Shown here: positions 19,356 through 28,406 of the stretch, piece after piece
Numbering within the stretch: position 1 is the first letter of the stretch
Layout of the letters: each line of letters starts with the position of its first letter
NCBI GenBank assembly: GCA_965223505.1
Contig: CBDCWP010000040.1
Coordinates: 96,001-160,000, forward strand
Length of the DNA stretch: 64,000 nucleotides
Reading direction: 5' to 3'
Source of the DNA: Planctomycetota bacterium
GTDB taxonomy: Bacteria; Planctomycetota; PLA2; JAEUHO01
Program-made: the position numbers and the translations under genes
Notes under the pieces: generated by a model
What the model was told of the DNA's origin: nothing
The model's database searches: none
Seen by the model: only the letters and a program-made list of their open reading frames with translations

Positions 19356-22300
19356 CTAAGGTGGTGGGTTCATTCCGTTTCGCGTACGAACGTAGCCGAG
19401 TTCCTCGAGCCACTTCACCTCTTTTCTGACCCAGGCTGTCGGACGTGCTTTCTTCAACGGTTGTAGGAAGACAACTCGCTCGCGACGCGCAGCTGTTTCT
19501 CGGATGAAGTTCCGAAGCAGTGCCGTCCGCTGCTCACCTGTCAGTGCTCTCCACTTCGTCTGGGAGACTCGGAAGTGGCGGGCGCCAGTTGCGCGGGCCT
19601 CAACGGCCCAGTGCCGTCTCGCTGAACCGAGTACCGTAACGCCGGACTTCGTCGGCGGCGTCGGCGAAACTGGCCGCGGCCCACCAAGTTTGAAGTCCCA
19701 GGGATTCGCGGTTACTGGAGGCTTGGACGCATAGACATGACCGGCGGCTAGCCTGACGTCCAGGAACAACCCCCAAGCCTCGAGCCCCCCCAGCAGGATG
19801 CTGTAGGCCGAACTCACGAGCTCGTTGAGCTCCTTGGAGAAGGTGAGGGCTCGCTCGATGTCACCCAGCGACTTGGTGATCTCCTGCTGCACCAGACCAT
19901 TCGGATCAAGCGCGAGGTGCGCCGCTGGATCGTCATCGAGCAACGCGGCCTCGAAGCCTGGGTGCAGCATTCGATCCAGTTCCAGGCTGATTCTGTGCGC
20001 GTCAGCCGTCAGGTTGTCGTACATCGAGACGCCATGGCGTCCGTATGCACCTGACGGCCCGAAGATCCTGAGCGACTCCTGCGCCACGATCTCAAGCGAC
20101 GCGTGCACCGAGTAGAGCTGCGCGGCACGGGTCAGTAGAGCGGACTTGGTTCTCAGCGTCTCCAGGTCTTCGAGGAGGCGATCACAATCGCCGACGTTGC
20201 GCCCCCGCTCCAACGCCGATCGTGAGTCGAGCTCGATCCCCAGAAGAGACTGCCGGGCCGAGCCGATCCGCTGTGCAATCGGGGTTGCCCAACGCGCCTT
20301 GGCAGCACGCTGGACTGACTGAATCGGAAATCCGCCCTCGTTCGGATTGAAGAGCCCCTTGTGTTGCGCGGCGCCTCTAGGCCGCTGCCGTCTAACATGG
20401 CGGGCGTCGGCGGCTCTGCCCTTGAGCCTGTCCTCGAGTCTCGGTGCGGCCGCAGCAGCTTGCTCGAGCGCCGACGAGGCATCGCTGATCGCGGTCGCCG
20501 CTTCGTTCAAAGAAGCAAGCAGTTGACTCGCCTCCAGCCAGGCGCGCTCACATGGATCAGACGTTTCGTCGAGTCGCTGGAAGTCCGGAATCGGATCGCC
20601 ACCGCCTTCGGGCACTACTGTCGGCAGCCGCCGGGGCTCTTCCCGACGGTCTCTCTTCCGTTGCTCTGCGTACTCGATGCGCGCTTCGGCCCCTGCCCGC
20701 TCGGCGTCCGCAACGTCCGTCTCAAGCTCTCGGATCTCGGCATCGAGTTCCGCCCGGCGTGCTCCGGTTGTACCCAGATTCGCCTCCAACGTCCGGTCGA
20801 TGATGCCGAGCTTCGCCTCGTACTTCTTTTCGATCAGGGAGCGTTCCTTCCCGACGGGGCGACCCGTCCTCCGTCGCTCATCCCGAAGCTGCTGGAGCTC
20901 TCGCTCGAATGAACTGAGAGTCGCCTCTAGCGATGAGATTGCACGAATTCGAATCAAGATTTCGTTCTGCAAACGCTCCTTCTCGCGACGAAGCCGAGCG
21001 AGCTCAGCCTCATGCCCTGCGGTGAGTGTCCGGCGACCTTCAATCTGCGCGATTCGATGCATCGTCTCCTGGAGTTGAGCGCGAGCCTCGTCGAGGTTCG
21101 TCTCTTCCTCGGCGATCCGCTCTCGAAAGGCATCGCCAACTCGGCGCTCGGCCAGGAGCTGTCTCGCCAACCCGCCGAGCTCGCTCGGCACGCCAGGCGG
21201 CCCAGGCGTCCTCTGAGTGCCATCGGGAGCTCGCATCTGTCTGCTGGCGGGGGCGTAGCGACCAACGCCCATGAGACCCAGTCTTCTGTCAATCTCCGCG
21301 AGATCATCGACGAGTTGGTTGACTCGCGCCTTGTCAGATGTCTCTTGGATCGCTTCAATCACGCGGTTCCGCGCCCGCCCCAACTGCTGCGCATCCGGAG
21401 GCAGGACGGCTGCCTCCTCCAGCTTCAGCACCGGTTGTGCTAGCGGGATGGCTGCAGGAGCGATGGCCGGCGATCCGACCGCGGGAAGCGAGGGCAGCCT
21501 CGGCACGAGCGGCGGGAGCCCTTTGAACGCCGCCGCGCCACCTGGGTTCGGAAGCGCGTCGCTGACATTGGCCTCCACCCAGTGCTCGAGGACACCGAGG
21601 TGCCGCAGCTGCTGCTCGACAAGTCCGATCCGCCGGTCGACGCTCTGTATCTCCCCCTGAAGATCAGCGCGGCGCTTCTCGCCCCACGTCGTTCGGCGTT
21701 TGTACTCGAGCTTGGCCTTCTCACGACGCAACTCTGCAAGGGCCGCCCTCGAACTCCGAACGCGCTCCTGATCCCGCCGGGGCACTGCTTCGTCTCTGGA
21801 GCGCCAAAGTGCATGGGTAGCCTCGTCGATCTGCGCCAGCAGGTTCGCGTACTGGGCCCTGGCCGCAAGCACCGCGTCGACACTCGAGTCCGGATCATTG
21901 ATCGTAAGAAGAGCGAACTTCGCCAGCTCTTGAAGTTCGCGGAGTCCTTCCAGGTTCTCTCTGACGTCGGGGTCGTCATCCCCTTCGATGGCACGATCCC
22001 CCCGCCCTCCGTACAGCTCTTTGACCTGAGCGGATGTCAACTGCCCATACGATGCGATCTGCAGGTTCGACTGTGCTTGATCGATTCCGTTGTTGAGCTG
22101 GCCGATCTCAGCGTCAATCCTCGCCTTTCGGTCGGGATTCGCTGTGTGTCTCTTCTTGTTCTCGAGGCGCTTCCGCCTTCGCCTTAGATCAGCGACCTTT
22201 GCGCTGTTGTACCTTCGAGCTCCGGCAGCACGCGCGTTGTTGAGAGCCTTCATCGCAGCGTTGCGCTTCCGTTGCGCCTTCTGGGCGGCAGCGAGCGCCT

Positions 22301-23809
22301 TGTCGTATTTGGCTTTGCTTCCTTTGCCTTCGTTGAGCTTCTCGCGCTCCTCCGCTTCTCGCTGTATGGCGTCGTACAACTCGTTGTCGCGCTTGATAAG
22401 ATCGTCAACGGCCTTCTTGACCTTGGGGTCCTTTTCGAGAGCGCGCTCAGTCTCCTCGTCGTACCTGTCGTACTGGTCGTCGTACTTGTCTACGAGCTTA
22501 GGTGGCTCGATCTGTGCTAGGAACAGCGGCGGCGCCGTGGGCACGCCAGCCGCTTCTCGACGCGCGAAGACTTCTTCGATCATTCGCGCCGCACCCGGCC
22601 CCCGGGTCGTCTCGGTCGAGTCCCCGTCGCGCTCGCCTCTGCTTTCCCCTGGCGGCGGAGGAGGAGGTGGCGGGGCCGATGGTGCCTGGGGTGCGTACTC
22701 CCGCTCGGGCGGCGCGCCGCCGGGTGGCGTCGCCGGCCGGGACGGCTCCTCGCCGTGAGGCGGACGCATCGCCGGAACGACGACCTGAGGTGTGGGCGAA
22801 GCGGGAGGTCCAGGCGGTTTCGGCGATCCCTTGCCACGCCCCTCTCCAGGGAACCGCGGGACGCCACACTGCCATGGTGTCTCATTGAACGGGTACGGCA
22901 ACGGGTAGCTCGGAACGTAGTCCGCATCGAGCCATCGACCACTCTCATAGTCGGGCTGCGGCACCGGTAGCCACGGATACGGATACGGACATCCCCGCGG
23001 GAGGTCCCGCTGCGCAACCCAGGCGTAGTCCCCCAAGGGCCTCGGCTTCGTTGGAGGCCCGTAGAGCGACTCCATTGGAAGCTGCAAGAGCTCGTCCACC
23101 GAGCCCTCTCCAGTCAGGGCGCGCCCGAGAGACGTCTGTCGAAACGCTTCGTCGCGTTGCCGCTGAAACTCGGCCTCCCGCTCTTCGAGCTCTCGGTTCG
23201 ACGCGCCGATCGGTTGACTGTCGGTCCCGCCGATGACGGTGTAAGGCTGCCTGGCATCGGGCAGCGGCGTTGGCACTTGCACCCATCGATACTGCCAGCG
23301 GCCAGGATCCGCGTCGTCCATGTAGGCCTGCAGATGGCGGCCAGCCTTCGCGAGTTGCCGGATCTCATTGTGAGCCCGCTGTTGTGGACTTCCGAAGCGG
23401 GCGTGAACGCCCGGTGCGATGTCGTACACCTTGCGGCGCGCGTTCCACCGAAGCAGTCCGTCTTCGATGACCTGCGGCGGAGTAGCCACGGATCCCCAGC
23501 TCGGATCGAACTGAGTGATCTCATGCAGGCGCGAACGCTGCGGCGTGCTCGGCGCGTTTCCCCAGGGCTGGCGCAATCCGGGTGACACGCCGCCTCCAGG
23601 TCCCAAGAGTCTCCCGTTCCCCAGCTCGGATCGAACTGAGTGATCTCATGCAGGCGCGAACGCTGCGGCGTGCTCGGCGCGTTTCCCCAGGGCTGGCGCA
23701 ATCCGGGTGACACGCCGCCTCCAGGTCCCAAGAGTCTCCCGGCAGCGTACGGATCGAATTCCGGCCGACTCGCAACGTCTCGGACGTAAGGGTTGAAGAC
23801 ACTCGGCAT
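19356..23809 (-). CDS. Large Pro-rich/coiled-coil protein with C-terminal polymorphic-toxin-like domain; split by a 125-bp tandem duplication (1,442 aa if one copy is removed)
   Basis: ATG 23809 overlaps the upstream TGA; ORF 19356..23606 continues after the duplication; C-terminal TVLGS...GARHF...W...E...L..LGY domain. Confidence 0.7.
23493..23741. repeat. Perfect tandem duplication, 124-bp unit with 125-bp period
   Basis: 23493-23616 is identical to 23618-23741. Confidence 0.95.
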
Positions 23810-24651
23810 CAGTAAGCCTTCGGGTCGATCGATTCCACGCTACTCAGCAGGCTTCTGACGCGCCGGTTGTACTCGGCCCAGGTTTCGTCAGGTCGCTTCT
23901 CCGGTCGCCTGAAGGTCGCCAGTTCAGAGGCCGGTGTCGGGGGCTGCAGCCCGTATGGCCGCACTTGCGTGCGAACGACACCCGGAGGCGAGAAGCTCGC
24001 TTGCTGCGCATGCACCATCCAGCGCTCGGCGTCGGAGAGGCCCTTCTCTCGATACATCTGCCGTTGATACGCGCCGCCGACCGGACCCGCGGTCGATGCG
24101 GAAGGGCTCGAGTAGCCGATAGGTGCTCCGGACGTCGCGTCGAAGGGCTGGCGGCGGGGCGTGACGGAACCGCCGTACGCCCCACCGACCGGATCGAACG
24201 ACGAAGGCCCTTTACTTACGGCATGCAGCGGTTCATACGCTGTCGAAGAGGGCCCGGGACTCGGCGCTGTGCGATGTTTCAAAGAGGCGACGCTGCGCCG
24301 CTCGCCATAGTAGGCGTCCTGAGGTCCGTACGAAGCCGCGATTGGGAGAGCTCTGTACGCATCCTCCATCGGCGTCGGCGGTGGAATGTACGGCTGCACG
24401 CTGCCTGGTCCCTGCGCGAGGTTCGCACGCGCTTGTTCGAGGAACCCAACGGCGCGAGCGGCTTCCTGAAGCTCACGGAGACTCTGCTCTCGGGACTGGA
24501 GGTACTCAGGCTCGGGAAGCGCTGCCTGCCCGCCTTCACCCTCGGGAAGCATCTCGGTCGTCTGAGCGTACCCAAGCGCGAGTTCGTCGCCCAGGCCGCC
24601 GAACGGGAGCGGAAGTCCGGCTTCCGTTGAGGAGACGTAGTTTCTCGGCAT
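23809..24651 (-). CDS. Pro/Ser-rich hypothetical protein in the capsid operon (candidate scaffold/cargo)
   Basis: 280-aa ORF with RBS; repeated PVGGAY; coupled to the next gene. Confidence 0.65.
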   Translation of the reverse strand: MPRNYVSSTEAGLPLPFGGLGDELALGYAQTTEMLPEGEGGQAALPEPEYLQSREQSLRELQEAARAVGFLEQARANLAQGPGSVQPYIPPPTPMEDAYRALPIAASYGPQDAYYGERRSVASLKHRTAPSPGPSSTAYEPLHAVSKGPSSFDPVGGAYGGSVTPRRQPFDATSGAPIGYSSPSASTAGPVGGAYQRQMYREKGLSDAERWMVHAQQASFSPPGVVRTQVRPYGLQPPTPASELATFRRPEKRPDETWAEYNRRVRSLLSSVESIDPKAY

Positions 24652-24696
24652 CGTCAGACCTCGATTCCTTCAAGGGACTCGTGTGAACGAGGTGTT

Positions 24697-25608
24697 CTAC
24701 GGCGTCACGTCGCTTAGCCGGATCAGCGAACCCGGCGACAGAGTCGCGAAGCCGATGTTGAGCTCCAGGTCCGCGTACAGCAGGTCCGCTTCCGCCGAAG
24801 TCCGGTGCGGACCGTCCACGCGGATGCCGGCACCGGTGTCTTCGTTGTAGAACCACACCAAGCCGCCGAACTGGGGCTCGTCGTCTCTGGGACCGAGGAT
24901 CGTCAGGTACACGGACGTCGTCGTTGCCGTCTCGGTGTCGGTGATGAAGTCCGACACGAGCACCGGCACGCCCATGTAGCACGCGACCGGCAAACCGAGG
25001 ATCGGGTCCGGCTTGACTTGCGGCGTGAAGCCGGAGGCGTGGCAAAGCGCGGTGAACGCGCTGTACTGGCCGCGGTTCATCACGAACGCGCGCGGCGTGC
25101 CGCCATCCCACGGGTAGAGCGCCTCGATCATCGAGTCCAGGTGCGCCAGCGTCAGCGCCCCGGCCGCACTGATCGTCTGCGCGGCCTCGACCAGCGTCTC
25201 GAGTCCCGCCGGCTCGTCCGTGACGTTGTCGCCATAGATGAGCTTCTCACCTACGGTGTTCCACATCGCGATCATCTTCTCTTGGATCTGCTGCTCGAAG
25301 ACGTCGTTGATCATGCTCACGTTCTGAGCGATGTCGCCGGTGACCTCGACCTTGGCGGCGATGCGGCGAAGCTCGAACTTGCGCGCCGTCGAGTCGTAGG
25401 TCGTCGCCGAAGCGTCCGCGTTACCGCCGGAGTCGATGAAGCTGGCCGTCGCCAGTGTGTCAACCTCGGTGCACTGCAGGCTGTCGCCGCGCACCATCAC
25501 TTTCGGAACCCTTGGCAGGAGCTGATCCGAGTTGTTGTTGACGAGGTACGCGCCGAGTACCTGCGGATGCGAAAGCAGTAGTGCTTGTGCCTTGGTGACG
25601 GAGGTCAT
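24697..25608 (-). CDS. HK97-fold major capsid-like protein
   Basis: LLPRVP, LRRIAAKVEV, VFEQQIQEKMIAM...LIYGD...PAGL, LTLAHLDSMI, FVMNR and YMGVPVLVSDFI match phage major capsid patterns; RBS GAGGAG. Confidence 0.82.
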   Translation of the reverse strand: MTSVTKAQALLLSHPQVLGAYLVNNNSDQLLPRVPKVMVRGDSLQCTEVDTLATASFIDSGGNADASATTYDSTARKFELRRIAAKVEVTGDIAQNVSMINDVFEQQIQEKMIAMWNTVGEKLIYGDNVTDEPAGLETLVEAAQTISAAGALTLAHLDSMIEALYPWDGGTPRAFVMNRGQYSAFTALCHASGFTPQVKPDPILGLPVACYMGVPVLVSDFITDTETATTTSVYLTILGPRDDEPQFGGLVWFYNEDTGAGIRVDGPHRTSAEADLLYADLELNIGFATLSPGSLIRLSDVTP

Positions 25609-25645
25609 TCTCTCTTCTCCTCAATGGGGACGTGTCGAAGGCACG

Positions 25646-26509
25646 TCAACAAACGACTTCTTGACGGCGTGGGATCCAGCGGAAGCTCCAGCCCGAGCCG
25701 TCATTCGGCTTGTAGGGCTGAAGCATCTGTCCCTGCTCGTACCGGGGCGCGACGCGATGGAACCACTCCATCAGCGCCGGCTCCTCCTGCGCGACGAACA
25801 CCGGGTGCATCGCCGCGGGCGAGAAACGGTAGGCGCCGAGCGTCGGATCGAACTGCATGACGACGCCCTGGTACGTAGCGGGCGGCTGCCCCCAACTCGG
25901 ATCGAAGCCGTTGACGATGCAAACGGCCTGCGAGGCGGGAAGCGGTGCCAGGTATTGACGTGTCGGCTGGATCGGCGTCGAAGGAAGGGCCGACGAGGGA
26001 TCGACCAGCCCTGCGTTGTCGAACGGGGCACCCTGAGATCCGTATACGGCCTGTTCGGTGAGCTGAAGCGGAAGCAGGCCGTAGGGCTCGCGATACGCCT
26101 CACCGGGCCTCGACACAGCGGCGAAGTTCGATCCGATGCGCGCGGGCACGGACGGACGCGCTCCGATGGGGTCAACCGTGGCACTCGGAGTCGGAATCTG
26201 TCCGTTGCCGCCCGACCCGATCGGGCCGGGGTGCGGCGATGACGTGAAGTCGTTGGCCCCTGCGCCCAACGGAACGTCGAAGTCGCTGGTCGGTCGTGAC
26301 GGCTGCGGGTGCCAAGAACGCGCAACGCCCGACCCGCCCTGATCGATCGCGAATCCGCGTTCGTCGAACTGGCGCTCTTGGCGTGAGGTCCCGAGCGAGC
26401 CGTCCAGGTCGAGTGGCGCGCCATCAAGCGAGGTGAACGCCCCCTGGCTGTTGATCACGAAGGGCCCGCAGGACCGACAAGCACAGGCAGCCTTGCTCTT
26501 GCACGCCAT
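25646..26509 (-). CDS. Pro-rich hypothetical protein with Cys-rich N-terminus and C-terminal FDPSWG domain
   Basis: MACKSKAACACRSC start; C-terminal ~80 aa homologous to the toxin N-terminal domain. Confidence 0.65.
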   Translation of the reverse strand: MACKSKAACACRSCGPFVINSQGAFTSLDGAPLDLDGSLGTSRQERQFDERGFAIDQGGSGVARSWHPQPSRPTSDFDVPLGAGANDFTSSPHPGPIGSGGNGQIPTPSATVDPIGARPSVPARIGSNFAAVSRPGEAYREPYGLLPLQLTEQAVYGSQGAPFDNAGLVDPSSALPSTPIQPTRQYLAPLPASQAVCIVNGFDPSWGQPPATYQGVVMQFDPTLGAYRFSPAAMHPVFVAQEEPALMEWFHRVAPRYEQGQMLQPYKPNDGSGWSFRWIPRRQEVVC

Positions 26510-26520
26510 GGTTTCGGGTC

Positions 26521-27501
26521 CTATCCGATGTTCTCCATCCATCCGACGCAGTTCGTGCCGTGGATGAGACCGACGTTGAGTTGAAGCCCGATTTGCGACT
26601 GGTCGGTTCCGTCCTCGGGCTCGAAGTTGGAGATCACGACGCCGGGCGCATGCGTGCTCGCGATCAGGAAGCCGCGTCCGACCATCGCAGAGAGATTCTC
26701 TCGGAGCGACTCGGGCAGTCCGGCCATGTCGAACTTCATGATCAAGGCATTGCCGTCAGGCACGTAGCTCGACTCGATGACGCGCACGCGGTCGAAGAAC
26801 CACTGCTTCTTGCCCGTTACCGAATCGAGCTCGAGCGTCGAGATCCCGCTGCTGGCCATGAGCTGGACGAACTGAGCGTAGACGTCCTGCGCGAGGACCA
26901 TCGTGTATTGCTCGACGGCGCCCACCTGGACATTGAGCATCTGACGCAGGCACATCAGCCCCTTGAACGACAGCGGCATGCCGCTTCCCTCGGGCGGATC
27001 CTGGACGTTGCTCTCGGCCGTCGCGATGTCGTAGAGGCTTTCCGGCGCGTCAGCGACCGGCGTCGTCGCGAAGAACGACGTGTAGGCAGTGGTCAGCATC
27101 ATCTCTGCCAGAGCACGCAGCGCGACATCGACGACGTTGTAGTCGGACTCGCCGATCTCTACGGCGTCATCGATGGTGATCTTGCACGCGAGCTGGCTCA
27201 GTTCCACTGTGCTTGACTGCCACTGCGGCGGATCCGTGTTGATCGACGTGCCGTCGTTGTTGCTCCAAACGGCGTTCGTAACCCACGCATCGAGATTCGA
27301 CAGCGCCGATACGGACACCTTCGACGTCTCGAACTGTGCCCACGGCAACGGTGCGGCCAGCAGCTCGCGGTCGCTGATGACGAGCCCGGTCTCCTGCGGC
27401 GGCTCGACAACCTGCTCACGATTCCAGATGGCGTTCGGGCGGTAGCCTGGTGTCGAGTAGGAGAAGAGCGCCAGCGCTTCGGACTTGGTGGGACCGGCCA
27501 T
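26521..27501 (-). CDS. Second, divergent HK97-like capsid protein paralog
   Basis: Aligns by eye with 24697..25608: TKSEALAL/TKAQALLL, LACKITID/IAAKVEVT, RVRVIESSYV/GVPVLVSDFI, LQLNVG/LELNIG. Confidence 0.65.
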   Translation of the reverse strand: MAGPTKSEALALFSYSTPGYRPNAIWNREQVVEPPQETGLVISDRELLAAPLPWAQFETSKVSVSALSNLDAWVTNAVWSNNDGTSINTDPPQWQSSTVELSQLACKITIDDAVEIGESDYNVVDVALRALAEMMLTTAYTSFFATTPVADAPESLYDIATAESNVQDPPEGSGMPLSFKGLMCLRQMLNVQVGAVEQYTMVLAQDVYAQFVQLMASSGISTLELDSVTGKKQWFFDRVRVIESSYVPDGNALIMKFDMAGLPESLRENLSAMVGRGFLIASTHAPGVVISNFEPEDGTDQSQIGLQLNVGLIHGTNCVGWMENIG

Positions 27502-27579
27502 TTCGAGCACCCGTACGACGACATCGCCTCACCCGTCGTACTCCCGAGGTCAGCCTTGGAAACCCACCTTCTCGACAAG

Positions 27580-27678
27580 CGGGCAACTGCCGGGCAACGT
27601 CCGGGCAACGTCCGGGCAACGACCGGGCAACGACCGGGCAACGTCCGGGCAACGACCGGGCAAGAGCCGGGCAAGCTC
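27580..27678. repeat. Tandem array of nine 11-bp units (CGGGCAAnnnC) in a divergent intergenic region
   Basis: Units start at 27580, 27591, 27602, 27613, 27624, 27635, 27646, 27657 and 27668. Confidence 0.95.
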
Positions 27679-27738
27679 CCACGGTCCCGCGGGTTGAGAC
27701 AGCGATATGATCGAGTGATTTCACACTCAGGAGGTCTC

Positions 27739-28227
27739 ATGACCACGAAGCCCATCCTCACGAGAGCTCCCGGCAATCCGTGGTTCGAGACCGAGGACCT
27801 GGCAGGCGACGTGAGCGCCGGAAGGGTCCGGGTCGCGACTATGGTCGGCTTCTCGCTGACCGGCACGGGCACGGCGACGGACGGTGTCTCGTGGGCCACG
27901 GAGCCGGCGCTGATCACGGACCTGGCCTTCTCGGTGACCCCGGCTGCGGCGGGCCTGAACGGCGGCAACCTGTTCATCGAGGTCAATGCCGCGGGGCAGT
28001 CCGCGTTCTCGAGCGCCGACGGCTGGGTCCAGGTGATGCCGACCTACCACTGGCCCGCGGGCGGTGTGCAGGCCTACGAGAGCAACGTGCTGGGCAAGAA
28101 CCACGTCCTGACAGTGTCCGGGACCGGCGTGGCGCGAATTCGCGTAACGGCAACGCACGTTGGCGGTTCCGACGTCGTCGAAGTCTTCGCCGGCGTGACC
28201 GTTCTGGCGGCCAAGCCCACCTGCTAG
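27739..28227 (+). CDS. Beta-strand-rich hypothetical protein (candidate capsid decoration/spike)
   Basis: RBS AGGAGG; 162 aa rich in T/V/G/A with alternating beta pattern (ARIRVTATH); no signal peptide. Confidence 0.6.
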   Translation: MTTKPILTRAPGNPWFETEDLAGDVSAGRVRVATMVGFSLTGTGTATDGVSWATEPALITDLAFSVTPAAAGLNGGNLFIEVNAAGQSAFSSADGWVQVMPTYHWPAGGVQAYESNVLGKNHVLTVSGTGVARIRVTATHVGGSDVVEVFAGVTVLAAKPTC

Positions 28228-28406
28228 ACGAACCCGGCGACCGGGCCCCAAGTGCGATGCGGCACGGCAGGGCCCAGCTGGCGCTCTCCGACTGTCTCGT
28301 TTTGCAACACGGGCACTCGCCCAAGCCGGACGTCCCGCCGCGAAACAGATCGGCCTCCCGCTCGGCTCGCATCGCCGTACGCTGGAGTTGGGAGAGGCGA
28401 AATGGA

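Noticed and set aside
19356..23606. Tail tape-measure protein or SMC ATPase
   Set aside because: There are no flanking tail genes, tape-measure repeats or Walker motifs. The Pro-rich N-terminus and toxin-like tip fit a toxin better, though an ejection-protein role is not excluded.
24697..27501. Classical family 1/2 encapsulin locus
   Set aside because: There is no DyP, ferritin-like or desulfurase cargo, and the motifs look closer to phage major capsid proteins.
27580..27678. CRISPR array
   Set aside because: The units are contiguous 11-mers with no unique spacers, and there are no cas genes in the window.
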